A stretch of DNA of 64,000 bases from a candidate division WOR-3 bacterium (GCA_039803205.1 JBDRYB010000005.1:32001-96000), one strand, 5' to 3'; counted from the first letter of the stretch, positions 1-10,358 are shown. Notes: a model not told the origin generated them from the letters alone. Numbers and translations: made by a program.

Positions 1-665
1 TAAGGAGCGTAGAAATTCCACGCCCCAAACCCCTTCCAGGAATAGCCAGCAAAAACGCTTGCGGTTCCAATTCTTGCCTTCTGGAACCCTCTCAGCGTTC
101 TGTAGTCAGAGCCTTTCTGGGGGCCATCGGACCGCTCGCCAGCCATGCCCACGCTCAACCATCCATTCCCAAGCTCCATGCCGGTTCCTGCTGTGCCAAA
201 TGAGCCCACAAAGGCATCGGCCCTTGTCCCCTTTATGGGTTCAGCCGTCACGAGGTTCACGGCTCCTGATGAGGCTCCAGGCCCTGAGAGGCCAGATGCT
301 CCCCCTCTCGCTACCTCAACGCGCTCGATCTCAGCCAATCCCAGGGGAATATCAGCGCTGTGGTGGGCTGTCTGAGGGTCATCGCACCTAAACCCATTCA
401 CCATCAGGGAGGTCTGGGTGTAGTTTCCTGGGCCTATCCCGATATCGCACTGGACCCCAGGGAGGCCGCGGTTCCTGATCCAGAGGCCTGGTGAGAACAG
501 GAGAGCCCTATCAAAATGCCAGGGTAACCGACTGAGCCACGAACTATCCATCGTCCAAACGGAACTCATGGCCTCTGAGAAACCAGGTAGGAGCCTTGTC
601 CCGAGAACCATGACCGTATCAGTTGTGTATTCAGGAGGTTGAGAAAGGAGAAACCAGATCAGCAT
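1..665 (-). CDS. TonB-dependent receptor, N-terminal plug region (runs off window start; absent from ORF track)
   Basis: Manual translation from ATG at 665: MLIWFLLSQ...TDTVMVLGTR...TSLMVNG...IPLGLAEIERVEVARGGASGLSGPGASSGAVNLVT, matching the TonB-box and plug-end pattern IERIEVxRGxxSxLxGxxAxxGxVNxxT; TATAAT 6 nt upstream. Confidence 0.85.
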   Translation of the reverse strand, partial: MLIWFLLSQPPEYTTDTVMVLGTRLLPGFSEAMSSVWTMDSSWLSRLPWHFDRALLFSPGLWIRNRGLPGVQCDIGIGPGNYTQTSLMVNGFRCDDPQTAHHSADIPLGLAEIERVEVARGGASGLSGPGASSGAVNLVTAEPIKGTRADAFVGSFGTAGTGMELGNGWLSVGMAGERSDGPQKGSDYRTLRGFQKARIGTASVFAGYSWKGFGAWNFYAP

Positions 666-703
666 GCACAAATTATAAATGGTTCCTTGTTCCTGGTTCC
701 TGA

Positions 704-2224
704 TCAGCGCACAAGGGCTTTGCCAGAGAGGCTAGCGGCTGACCAGAGGTAGACTCCCGGGTCTAGAAGAAATCTGTTTTCTCCCCTTCCCAGAAACCCA
801 GAATAAACGAGCCTGCCATCGGCCGAATATATCCTTATGCTCCCCTCCACGGACGAATTGAGGATCATTCCCCCTGGAATCGGACTGCAGGTTATTCTGG
901 ACCGCGATGGGTTATCCTCCTCAACCCCAGGCGCGCAAACATCAGTCGCGATAACCTCTGGGTTTCCCGCAGAAGGACTTGGACTTGATGCGTCCGGGAG
1001 ACAATCTGAGCCCATAGCCTGAAGGGATACAATTGGTTGAACATCCTGGGCTCTGAGATAACGCTCCCGAGCGCATCCAGGGTATTCACCATCTCCGCGG
1101 ATCTTGACGAGGAAACAATCGCCGCTTCCGACAGCCACGCTCCATGCCCTTCCGGCGAGAGCGAAGCCCCCATCGTTCGTCCCGATCAGGGTATATGCTA
1201 TCTCGTTATCCGGTCCCCCAATGGTTTTTGCCCAAAGGATGTCCCCAGCGCTCGTGAGCTTGAGGGCCAAAAAGTCATAGTTCCCTTCGCCAAGAGCGTA
1301 TGTCCATCCAGCGATCGCGAGGCCCCCATCATCTACTTGAACTATAGAACCAGCATAATCCCTTCCCATTTCGCCATATCTCTTAGCCCACTGAAGGCTC
1401 CCTGTGCCTGATAACTTGACAATAAGGCAATCGTAGTCATCCGGGCCAAAGCTGGCCGAGTATCCGGCAACAGCAAACCCCCCGTCGCTCGTCTGGATAA
1501 CCGAACGAGCGCGGTCATCCCCAGGGCCCCCAAAAGTCCTCGCCCAGACGAGACCACCCGTGCTAGTGAGCCTCAGAACGAGAAAATCATAATCACCCGC
1601 GCCAAAGCTCTTGGTTCTTCCTGCAACAGCAAACCCCGCGTCAGAGACCTGTATGATTGACCAAGCGTGGTCATCCCCAGGCCCCCCAAAAGTCCTCGCC
1701 CACTCAAGGGTTCCCGTGCTCGTGAGCTTCATGACCATGAAATCAGCCTCCCCTGCTCCGCAGCTCCGTGTCCACCCAGCAAGGGCCAGGCCGCCATCAG
1801 AGGTTTGGATAACCGATAGGGCATACCCTCCGTCGTCCTCTGGCCCCCCAAAAGTCCTAGCCCATTCAAGGGCTCCTGTATCCGTTATCCTCAGGATCAG
1901 GAAATCAGAGCCTCCAGCACCAAAGCTGTGCGTCTCTCCTGCAACAACATAGCCACCATCAGAAGTCTGGAGAATTGACCAAGCATGGTCATCCTCAGGC
2001 CCCCCAAAAGTCCTTGCCCACTCAAGGCTCCCGTCGGATCTGAGCTTCAGGACCAGGAGATCAGCTCGGCCCGCGCCAGAGCTCAGCGTCCATCCCGCAA
2101 CCGCGAAGCCCCCGTCTGAGGTCTGGATTATCTGATAAGCCGCATCTGCGCCGAAAGGGGACCCAAAGGTCTTTGCCCATAGGGACTGGCATATCAAAAT
2201 GCCCGTTATTAAACCGCTCGCCAT
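704..2224 (-). CDS. Secreted beta-propeller repeat protein with short C-terminal sorting-like domain
   Basis: About 7 repeats of WARTFGG-D-A-SIIQTSDGGFAVAG-T-SFGAG-DFLVLKL; Cys/Ser/Pro linker; tail IYSADGRLV...LDPGVYLW...GKALVR. Confidence 0.85.
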   Translation of the reverse strand: MASGLITGILICQSLWAKTFGSPFGADAAYQIIQTSDGGFAVAGWTLSSGAGRADLLVLKLRSDGSLEWARTFGGPEDDHAWSILQTSDGGYVVAGETHSFGAGGSDFLILRITDTGALEWARTFGGPEDDGGYALSVIQTSDGGLALAGWTRSCGAGEADFMVMKLTSTGTLEWARTFGGPGDDHAWSIIQVSDAGFAVAGRTKSFGAGDYDFLVLRLTSTGGLVWARTFGGPGDDRARSVIQTSDGGFAVAGYSASFGPDDYDCLIVKLSGTGSLQWAKRYGEMGRDYAGSIVQVDDGGLAIAGWTYALGEGNYDFLALKLTSAGDILWAKTIGGPDNEIAYTLIGTNDGGFALAGRAWSVAVGSGDCFLVKIRGDGEYPGCARERYLRAQDVQPIVSLQAMGSDCLPDASSPSPSAGNPEVIATDVCAPGVEEDNPSRSRITCSPIPGGMILNSSVEGSIRIYSADGRLVYSGFLGRGENRFLLDPGVYLWSAASLSGKALVR

Positions 2225-2262
2225 GGGTTAAACATTATAACCGAGCACCCGCAAGACCCCGC

Positions 2263-2874
2263 TCAGTCCTCCCAGCTCTTTGAGAGCGAGAAGCCCCTGC
2301 CATCAGAATCCTCGTATTTGACCAAGAGGTGACTCCCAGCCTCGTCATACCACAGATAAAAGCGCTTTCCGAGCAGTATCAGATTCGTGAGCCCACGGCC
2401 CTTCATCTGAAGCTTCCATGCCGAGAAATCCCCAGCGGGGGTTGAAACCCCTTCCTTGCCAAGGCACTTTACATTCACCTCAACCATAGAGAACAGCTCC
2501 GGAACCAGAAGCGAATAATTCCTCTCTACCCCCTCTCCAAACGGAAAGCCGGCCAGAAAGAAGGCGATCGTGTGCCTGTCGGCCGCTGGTTTTGAAGCGC
2601 TTGCCTTCTTCTCGGTTCCCCACATGCGGACCTGATATCCGTCGCCTGTCCAGGTCTCCTTCGTCTTCTCCTTGCCATCCTGATACTTCTCAAGCCAAAG
2701 AAGCCGATACTTCTTGTCCATGACCGCCGTGTATTCAAGGCCTTTATCGTTCTTTGAATACATCTTGAGGCTATCCCCGTAATCGGTGACCGTGACCCAG
2801 AATGTGGCCTTGACATCCTTGTCGTAAGCAGTGTATTCAAGGTGAAGCGCGGCTGTTATGAAAAGCGTTATCAT
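2263..2874 (-). CDS. Hypothetical exported protein (DUF3108-like C-terminus)
   Basis: 203 aa, hydrophobic N-terminus, motif EGVSTPAGDFSAWKL...LWYD...LVK; overlaps upstream gene by 4 nt. Confidence 0.6.
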   Translation of the reverse strand: MITLFITAALHLEYTAYDKDVKATFWVTVTDYGDSLKMYSKNDKGLEYTAVMDKKYRLLWLEKYQDGKEKTKETWTGDGYQVRMWGTEKKASASKPAADRHTIAFFLAGFPFGEGVERNYSLLVPELFSMVEVNVKCLGKEGVSTPAGDFSAWKLQMKGRGLTNLILLGKRFYLWYDEAGSHLLVKYEDSDGRGFSLSKSWED

Positions 2875-3926
2875 CTCAGGACAAAACTCCCCCTCCTTTT
2901 GCCAAAGGTATAAACATAGACCCCAGATGGAGCCGAAAGCTTTATCCGGTGCTTCCCGGGGCCGAGCCAGGATTCAAGAGCAAGCCTGCCGTTCAGGGCG
3001 TATATCCTCAAAAGCCCGCCCACGGAACCCTCTATGCTGAAGATCTTTCCGGGGATTATCACCGTCTCCTCCTCGTCTATGTTGGCAGAACCGGCCTCAT
3101 CCACCAGAAGGAATGCAAAAGCATAGTAAATCCAGTCGCAACCCGGAAGCAACTCATAGGGTATGGCACTAGCCCCTGACGGAAAAAGCCCTGATACCTC
3201 AAAGGCATCGGCATCCGAAGGGCCCCAAGGCCACCTGTTCCAAGCCCACTGACCGGTGAAAGGGTCAGAACAACTGGCGTTGCCTATGTTATCCCATGGA
3301 TTCATCCAGTTTGAAAGCCTGTGGCCCATGAGGATCGCCTGATCCCCAGCCCAGAGCTCATCTCCTCCAACCGAGAAGAAACCGAATTTCCCCCAAGGAG
3401 GGCCGGTTGCTGCGCCTATCCTGAATGTGTCACGCCAGGGAACTGTGTCCCCGTTGTAGCCCAGGCCGAGGCACCCGTAATGCAGGTCAAGCGTCCTCTT
3501 GGAGAGTCCTGGGCCTGTGAACAGGAGGATTAGGCACCAGGAAAACCCCCTCGCTCGATCGAGCTTCTGGCATGAATAGGTTCGGTTTATATCCCCGTTT
3601 ATAAGGGGGGTGACATCCGCGAACATCACATAGTTCCCGTCAGCGACAAAACTTGCCTGAGGCGAGATCAGATTGGTATCTCCGAAGCTGGTCGCGAGCC
3701 GGGTCTGGGTCATGCGGCCAGGGGGATTTGCCCAGAATCCGGATGTCCAGAAAAGCCACGCGGCCATGAGCGCGGCACCCTCCGGAACATCCTTGACTAT
3801 CCTTGAGCACCAAACCCCTGAGTCGGCTCCTGCCGCGGAGGCAGAGGCCATGACGATGTCATAGTATCCGGTAAGGGTTATCCTCTGACCCAGGTTGCCG
3901 GAAAAGGCAAGCAGAAAAACGATCAC
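2871..3926 (-). CDS. Hypothetical secreted protein with C-terminal sorting-like tail
   Basis: 351 aa, GTG start; tail LRIYALNGRL...PSGVYVY...GSFVLR. Confidence 0.65.
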   Translation of the reverse strand: MIVFLLAFSGNLGQRITLTGYYDIVMASASAAGADSGVWCSRIVKDVPEGAALMAAWLFWTSGFWANPPGRMTQTRLATSFGDTNLISPQASFVADGNYVMFADVTPLINGDINRTYSCQKLDRARGFSWCLILLFTGPGLSKRTLDLHYGCLGLGYNGDTVPWRDTFRIGAATGPPWGKFGFFSVGGDELWAGDQAILMGHRLSNWMNPWDNIGNASCSDPFTGQWAWNRWPWGPSDADAFEVSGLFPSGASAIPYELLPGCDWIYYAFAFLLVDEAGSANIDEEETVIIPGKIFSIEGSVGGLLRIYALNGRLALESWLGPGKHRIKLSAPSGVYVYTFGKRRGSFVLR

Positions 3927-4017
3927 GCTTTCATGTTAAAGCATATCCATGGGCATTATCAAGTTGATCGTCCCAGCAGTATGTGTTATAATTTGTCAAA
4001 ACCCGAAGGAGGTTTTT

Positions 4018-6741
4018 ATGCGTTACACAATAACTATCTGCATAGCGGTCTCAGCGCTCCTGGCCGGAAGGATAATGCCTCGGCTCAGAGAGACCATGAA
4101 GTCCACTGCCTCAGACCAGACCATCGGCGTCATAGTCCACCTGGCCGAGAAGCCGCTGAGGAACACGATGCCAGCAAGGACCCCTGAGCAGAAGCGGGAA
4201 ATAGTCGCATATCTACAGGCTTCAACAGCCAGAAGCCAAGCAGAGGTTCTCAGGGATCACCCGGGGCTATCAGCGGTTGAGCAGTTCTGGGTCTTCAACG
4301 GGTTCTACTGCGAGGCCACCCCCGCGCAGATAGAGGAGCTGGCGAGGGACCCGAGGGTTGACTACATAGTTGAGGACAAGATGCCATACAACCCCCTCAT
4401 AGAGCCCATGCCATCGGATGCCGCGCTCCCCACCCCTGAGTGGAACATAACGAAGATAAAGGCTGACTCGGTCTGGATTATTTATGGTATAACGGGCGCC
4501 GGAAGGATAATAGGAGCGATGGACACAGGGGTTGACACATCGCATCCCGCTCTGAAGTTGGGGACAACATCCAAGATGGCACCAGGCGGCTGGTATGATG
4601 CTGTCTCGGGCAACCCAAACCCATACTGGACGGGTTCTCACGGGACCCATGTGACCGGGACAGAGGTGGGAGGAGATGGCACCGGGCCTTTCACCAACGA
4701 TATCGGTGTGGCTCCAGGCGCGAAGTTCATCCACGCCTTGGTGATCGGAGGCAACTATTACTACAGGGATTTCCACAGGGGATTCCAGTGGGTCGCTTCC
4801 CTCGCTGGAACCGCGATAGAGCCTGACGCTGTCCAGAACTCCTGGGGCTGGCCAGTGAACGAGGAATCCCTTGAATACTGGGATGACATCCTCGCTTGGC
4901 GTAACCTGAACATAATTCCAACATTCTCTTACGGAAACGAGTCAACCGGCGGCCCCAGAACACCGGGCAGCTATCCAGACCTGATCTCCGTGGGCGCGAC
5001 GGACGCTAGCGATAACATAGCAGACTTTTCTTCCCTGGGTCCAGCCCCGAACTCACCTCCCTGGAACGAGCCGAAATACTGGTCTGACCCCCTCTGGAAC
5101 GCATACACATATCCCTTCTATGGCCCGTATGTCTGCGCGCCTGGGGTAAGCGTTAGGTCATGCGTTCCGGGAGGAGGATACGAGAGCTGGGATGGCACAT
5201 CCATGGCTGGCCCGCATGTTGCTGGGACAATAGCCCTCATGATGGAGGCGAACCCCAACCTTGATTATCAGACAGTCTGGAACATCCTCACATCCACTGC
5301 TGTTCACCTCGGAGGAACATATCCGAACAACACCTACGGCTGGGGAAGGATAAACGCCAAGGCGGCTGTTGAGGCAGCTATGGCAATAGAGACGGACCCG
5401 TTCGTCACCGTTTTCTCCTACGAGATAACCGATCCGGGCGGAAACAACGACTCTTGGTGGCAGAGAGGCGAGCTGGTTGGAATAATATTCACGCTTCACA
5501 ACTCGGGCGCGGATGGTAACATAACGGCGAATGTGTCAACCACAAACCCAAATATTACCGTAATAGACGGCTCAACCAGCTTTGGGAACATCCCGGCAGG
5601 AGGCTTTGCTGATAACTCAGGGGATCCGGTCTGGGTCAAGAGCGATGTGAATACCCCGTGCGGAGAGTATGTGAGGTTTGACCTCGTAGTAACCGACGGC
5701 GGCAGATACACAGACACCCTTATAGCGTATGTGAATGTGGATTATGGCCCTGGGATGATCGTGGATGTCTATAGCGTCCCGACATCGGTTTATTACAACC
5801 AGTATGTGCCTCAGTCCATAACCGCTTCCCCGACCAGCATCTACTTCACAACCCAGTCCAACAACCGGATATATGTGATAAACCCCGCCACGGGCGATAG
5901 CGTTCGCACCATCACTGGCCCAGCCACAAACCTTACCGGCATAACATACGATCGGACGAGGAACGCTCTTTGGGTCCAATCAAACGTTGGGACCATATAC
6001 CGCATTGACACCCTCGGCTCCCAGCAGGCTTCCTTCAGCTCCCCAGCATCAACGAGGGCTGATATTGCCTATGATCCGGTGGAGGATGTGCTATGGGTCA
6101 CATCCGGGACAACGGTCTACAAGGTTGACGCGGCCACGGGTTCAAACCTCGGATCAATAACATGTCCTGTTTCAGGCACGGTAAGGGGAATAGCCTACGA
6201 GCCGCGAGGTGGGACAAACGGAACCCTCATCCTCATGGTTGACAAATCATCAACGAAGTGGTTCTACGAGTTCTCAAAGACGGGGACAAAGCTGGACTCA
6301 GCCAAGATAGCCGAGGTTGAAGCAACCCCAAGGGGCATGGATTACGACCCTGTTGACAGCGTCTATTATGTGATCTACGGTTCCTCAGACTCCTGGTATT
6401 ATGCCACCAACGAGATAAGGAAGCAGGGGAGCTTCTATTGTCCTGAGGCACAGGTCTCGGCAGGTGAGACCAGCAAGCCCCTCACGCTCACTCTCAATGG
6501 CCCCTCGCCCTCTGTGACGAGGGATTACTTCATCCTGTCCCTGATCCTGCCGACTGACCAGCATGTTAGGATAACCCTTTACGACGCTACGGGTAGGGTC
6601 ATCCAATCCATTCATAACGGCAAGCTCGCATCCGGCCAGCACACCTTCAGGGTGAGAACAGATGTCCCCTCAGGGGTCTATTTCCTGAGGGCAGAGGCCG
6701 GCGGCGCCACCTTGAACAGGAAGCTGGTGATAAACAGGTAA
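4018..6741 (+). CDS. S8 subtilisin-family serine protease with prodomain, propeller-like region and T9SS-like C-terminal domain
   Basis: Catalytic motifs MDTG, HGTHVTG, GTSMAGPH; tail LYDATGR...SGVYFLR...RKLVINR; start moved to ATG 4018 behind AAGGAGG. Confidence 0.92.
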   Translation: MRYTITICIAVSALLAGRIMPRLRETMKSTASDQTIGVIVHLAEKPLRNTMPARTPEQKREIVAYLQASTARSQAEVLRDHPGLSAVEQFWVFNGFYCEATPAQIEELARDPRVDYIVEDKMPYNPLIEPMPSDAALPTPEWNITKIKADSVWIIYGITGAGRIIGAMDTGVDTSHPALKLGTTSKMAPGGWYDAVSGNPNPYWTGSHGTHVTGTEVGGDGTGPFTNDIGVAPGAKFIHALVIGGNYYYRDFHRGFQWVASLAGTAIEPDAVQNSWGWPVNEESLEYWDDILAWRNLNIIPTFSYGNESTGGPRTPGSYPDLISVGATDASDNIADFSSLGPAPNSPPWNEPKYWSDPLWNAYTYPFYGPYVCAPGVSVRSCVPGGGYESWDGTSMAGPHVAGTIALMMEANPNLDYQTVWNILTSTAVHLGGTYPNNTYGWGRINAKAAVEAAMAIETDPFVTVFSYEITDPGGNNDSWWQRGELVGIIFTLHNSGADGNITANVSTTNPNITVIDGSTSFGNIPAGGFADNSGDPVWVKSDVNTPCGEYVRFDLVVTDGGRYTDTLIAYVNVDYGPGMIVDVYSVPTSVYYNQYVPQSITASPTSIYFTTQSNNRIYVINPATGDSVRTITGPATNLTGITYDRTRNALWVQSNVGTIYRIDTLGSQQASFSSPASTRADIAYDPVEDVLWVTSGTTVYKVDAATGSNLGSITCPVSGTVRGIAYEPRGGTNGTLILMVDKSSTKWFYEFSKTGTKLDSAKIAEVEATPRGMDYDPVDSVYYVIYGSSDSWYYATNEIRKQGSFYCPEAQVSAGETSKPLTLTLNGPSPSVTRDYFILSLILPTDQHVRITLYDATGRVIQSIHNGKLASGQHTFRVRTDVPSGVYFLRAEAGGATLNRKLVINR

Positions 6742-6752
6742 AGAGACTTAAA

Positions 6753-6954
6753 CCCGACTTTGACAGTAGAACCCTGATCTTTGGGGTTCGCCCTCTGAGT
6801 TCCCCATAAGATCAGGGTTTGGTTTCTGAGGAGGAGCTCACAGCCACCATCTCAATAAGGGTTGAGATACTGAGATGGGGCCCATGAGCCTCAGCGACCA
6901 TGGTGCCAACTCCTGGGGCGTGATCCGCTGAGAAAATGAGGTGTCAAAGCTGGG
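6753..6954. mobile_element. Non-coding 202-bp element with imperfect terminal inverted repeats (MITE/IS remnant or structured RNA)
   Basis: CCCGACTTTGACA (6753-6765) vs TGTCAAAGCTGGG (6942-6954), 11/13 complementary; internal long hairpin 6770-6819. Confidence 0.45.
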
Positions 6955-7027
6955 CTAAAGGATACTCTGTCCTGGTGAGCAAACCCAACTTGAATCCCCC
7001 CCTTCCCCTGCCCCATAATTTCCTCCG

Positions 7028-8752
7028 ATGAGAAACCTAAAGGTAAGAGAGGGAAAACCCTGGGTCACCATACCGGAGATGTTTGAGCGCAGCGCGGAGG
7101 AGTGGCCGGATAGGGTCCTTTTCCAGATGAAACGCGAGGGAGGTTGGGACAAATACACATATGCTGAGGCCCTTAGCCTCGTCCGGAGGCTCGCTGAGTT
7201 CCTGAAAACCGAGGCGGGCCTCGTAAAGGGCGATAGGTTTTCCATCGTTGGAGGGAACAGGCCAGAGTGGGGGGTTGCATACCTCGCGATAATGTGGGCA
7301 GGGGGAATCGTTGTGCCGCTTGACCCAAAGCTGATGCCCTCTGAGCGCGGATACATCCTCGGCGCGGCGGGCGTCAAGGGGGTTATAGCCACGGACCACT
7401 TTGTCGGCGAGATGTGCGAACACAGAGAGAACCTCAAGAGCCTTGAGACGGTGATCTCAATGGACAGGAATCCCAAAGTCCCTGACTACCCGACGATATG
7501 GGCGAAATACACGCGAGGAATACCCAGAGAGCGCCTCCTTTTGGATGATGTGGCAGTCATACTTTTCACATCAGGAACGACCGGCTTGCCGAAAGGTGTT
7601 GTCCTGACCCACAGGAACATAATCTCAAATGTTGACGCCATGTATCAAGCAATAGAATATGGCCCTGGGGATCTGTTCTACTCCGTTCTTCCTCTCCACC
7701 ATGTATTTGAGGCGACAGCTGGCTTTCTCGCTCCAATATACGGGGGCGTAACCATAGCATACTCCTCAAGTCTGAGGCCGGATGTGATGAGGGCCGAGCT
7801 CAGGGAGCTGAGGCCTACGGTCATGCTCGTTGTCCCCCTTATCCTTGAAAAATTCCTGCTGGGGATAAGGAGGAACCTCTCAAAATTGTCGCCGGGCAAA
7901 AGGCTCGCATTCGGGGTCTTGAGAGGAGTGTCAAGGATAACGGATATTTTCACCGGCGGTAGGACAACGAGGGCTCTCTACAAGACCGTGAGGGAGCAGA
8001 TGGGGCTTGATAGGGCGAGATACATGATCTCAGGGGGCGCGGCCTTGCCAAGGTGGGTCTCAGCCGGGCTTGAGGAGATGGGTTTCCCTATTCTTCAGGG
8101 ATATGGGCTTTCCGAGGCCTCACCCGTTGTATCAGTGAACCCACCAGATGCCCCGAGAAACGCGAGCGTTGGAATCCCAATACAGTTTTGTGAGGTCAAG
8201 ATAATGAACCCTGATGCTAACCGCGTTGGAGAGATAGCTGTGAGAGCTCCTTTTGTCATGCAAGGATACTACAAGAATCCAGAAGCAACCAGAGAGGTTA
8301 TAACCCCTGATGGTTGGCTCCTTACAGGGGATATGGGATACATTGACTCTGACGGATACATTTACATAACAGGAAGAAAGAAGGCTGTTATCGTCACTAA
8401 GGGGGGCAAGAACATATTCCCCGAGGAGATAGAGGAGAAGCTTACCCAATCTGAGATGATCTCAGAGGCTTTGGTCTTCGGAGCCAAGAACCCAAGAACC
8501 GGAGAGGAGGATGTCCAAGCGATAATCTACCCCAACATGGAGCTCATGGGCAAGATGGGACTCACGGACGAGGAAAGGATATACGAGCTCGTCAAGAAAG
8601 AGGTTGATGCCGTGAACGCCCGGCTGGCTGATTACAAGAAGATAAGGCGTTTCGCGCTCAGGTTTGAGGAGTTCCCGAAGACCACAACCGTAAAGATAAA
8701 ACGCCACCTATTCAAGAACATCTTCATAGAAAAAGGGCAGAAGGTGCTATAA
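7028..8752 (+). CDS. fadD: Long-chain fatty acid-CoA ligase (AMP-binding family)
   Basis: FTSGTTGLPKG, QGYGLSE, TGDMG, ITGRKK adenylation motifs. Confidence 0.9.
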   Translation: MRNLKVREGKPWVTIPEMFERSAEEWPDRVLFQMKREGGWDKYTYAEALSLVRRLAEFLKTEAGLVKGDRFSIVGGNRPEWGVAYLAIMWAGGIVVPLDPKLMPSERGYILGAAGVKGVIATDHFVGEMCEHRENLKSLETVISMDRNPKVPDYPTIWAKYTRGIPRERLLLDDVAVILFTSGTTGLPKGVVLTHRNIISNVDAMYQAIEYGPGDLFYSVLPLHHVFEATAGFLAPIYGGVTIAYSSSLRPDVMRAELRELRPTVMLVVPLILEKFLLGIRRNLSKLSPGKRLAFGVLRGVSRITDIFTGGRTTRALYKTVREQMGLDRARYMISGGAALPRWVSAGLEEMGFPILQGYGLSEASPVVSVNPPDAPRNASVGIPIQFCEVKIMNPDANRVGEIAVRAPFVMQGYYKNPEATREVITPDGWLLTGDMGYIDSDGYIYITGRKKAVIVTKGGKNIFPEEIEEKLTQSEMISEALVFGAKNPRTGEEDVQAIIYPNMELMGKMGLTDEERIYELVKKEVDAVNARLADYKKIRRFALRFEEFPKTTTVKIKRHLFKNIFIEKGQKVL

Positions 8753-8783
8753 CCCGTTCTCCTTTGGGCAAGGGTTAGCCCTC

Positions 8784-10358
8784 TTACTCTCCATAGGACA
8801 GGAGTCTCTTCCTCATTCTCTCATAGTATTGCCTGTATTCATCCACATGGGAATCGTAAATAAAATCGGGCAAAAGCTCCCCGCTAGCGAGCTCACGAGC
8901 TCGCGCTATCAGTTCCTCTCTTTCTGTGGGGTTCTGAGAGGAATCAGCCCTTCTGATCAGGTTTTCTATCTCGCCAAGGTCTGTCCAGGTATCCCTGAGA
9001 TAGTAGAAATCGCCTTTCTTGCCCATTAAATTGGGATTGCCCAGTTTTTTCCGGATGATCGTTATAAGGTTGTATAGCCATCGTCTCGTCTTGTGGGTAT
9101 ATTTCTTGTTCGGCCAGAGGAGATAGAACAGATGATCGTCTGGGATCCTGTGTTTTGGAGAAAGAAGAAGATAAACTAGGCACCGGATAGCATCCTTTCT
9201 GCCCCAACTATCTAGAGAGATGGCCTTACCATTGACAAAAAGCCTCAGATCCCCTATCAAGTAGGCCTCTATCCCTTGAACTCGTGGAGCTTTGGTTTCC
9301 TTCTCCATGAGTGGCTGGATAACGGAGATAAAATCGCCCAAAATTGGATCTTCTCGGAACCTGGGATAAAGGAAGAGGATTGGGCCCAAGAACTTGAGGA
9401 TCTTAGTGAAAATCGGCGCATCAGAGACCCACGCGAGATATGCGGCAGCAGCGCCAGCCGAGACCGCTTCTATGGTTTGATAAGCCTTATGATAGCTCTG
9501 AGCCGCTTCAAAGAGCATGACTGAAGCCTCAGCATCATCCTCCGCGAGAAGGGCCTCTATCTCTGAGGAAGCTGCCAGTTCTCCCCAGCTGGCGGACTTG
9601 GCAAGGTTAATGCATTTTCTTATTGTGTCTCGGGGTAACGGTGGCATTCCCTTAAGCCTTGAGAGCTCCATAGCCTTCGCACAAGGGAAAGCCGAGTACG
9701 CGAAATTCAAAGCTAGGAGCTCTTGGGTCGCCTCAGCGTAGGCCCTGTAAGCCTCTTCCAAATTCCCTGACATTCGGAGGGCAAAACCGAGAACCTCTTT
9801 AAGAGTGGCGTTCTGTATGGGAGTTATGTTCCCCCTGCTGAGAAAGGCTTTGAGTATCTCAACTGCTTTTTTGGGCCTGCCCATTGTTGTTTCAAGAGCA
9901 CCCAGCATGTATTGAATATCGTAATCATCCGATGCGGAATCCCTCTGCGCGAGCTCCTGGATGTCCCGATAAAGCGAATCAAACTCTGCCCGCATGAACT
10001 TGTTGTAAAGGAGGTCTAGCCTTGCCTTGAATGCCCTATTCGGATTCCCCATTGCTTCGGCCGTTTCCACTTCCCTCGCGAAGTAGTTATCCGAAGCCCC
10101 CATCTCGCCCATCATCCTGTGCGCAATCCCTAACCACGCGAACAGGTAGACAGCGAGATCAGGTTTATCAGAGACCCGTGCGAGAAGCCTCGTGGCATGC
10201 CGGATGGCCTCGCTGGATGGACGGGTATAGACCATTTCACCTACAATCAGAAGCTCAGCAACAAGCGGATCGGCCTTTCTCATCTGGGAAAGGTATTTGG
10301 CAAATTCCTCTGACTTCCCTTCACGGATGAGGGCAAGCCCCTTCTCAACCTTTTCCAT
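8784..10358 (-). CDS. TPR-like + OmpR-type winged helix + partial BTAD transcriptional activator (SARP-like)
   Basis: Helical repeats, then YLIGDLRLFVNG...LVYLLL...LFYLLWP...IRKKLG and WTDLGE...GELLPDF; paralogue of 50742-52337. Confidence 0.8.
   Translation of the reverse strand: MEKVEKGLALIREGKSEEFAKYLSQMRKADPLVAELLIVGEMVYTRPSSEAIRHATRLLARVSDKPDLAVYLFAWLGIAHRMMGEMGASDNYFAREVETAEAMGNPNRAFKARLDLLYNKFMRAEFDSLYRDIQELAQRDSASDDYDIQYMLGALETTMGRPKKAVEILKAFLSRGNITPIQNATLKEVLGFALRMSGNLEEAYRAYAEATQELLALNFAYSAFPCAKAMELSRLKGMPPLPRDTIRKCINLAKSASWGELAASSEIEALLAEDDAEASVMLFEAAQSYHKAYQTIEAVSAGAAAAYLAWVSDAPIFTKILKFLGPILFLYPRFREDPILGDFISVIQPLMEKETKAPRVQGIEAYLIGDLRLFVNGKAISLDSWGRKDAIRCLVYLLLSPKHRIPDDHLFYLLWPNKKYTHKTRRWLYNLITIIRKKLGNPNLMGKKGDFYYLRDTWTDLGEIENLIRRADSSQNPTEREELIARARELASGELLPDFIYDSHVDEYRQYYERMRKRLLSYGE

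Noticed and set aside
6870..6940. SAM-I riboswitch-like words (GGCCCATGAGCC, CAGCGACC, GGTGCCAACTCC)
   Set aside because: No AUC/GAU P1 helix or GAGGGA kink-turn element, and the downstream gene is a fatty acid-CoA ligase; treated as part of the inverted-repeat element
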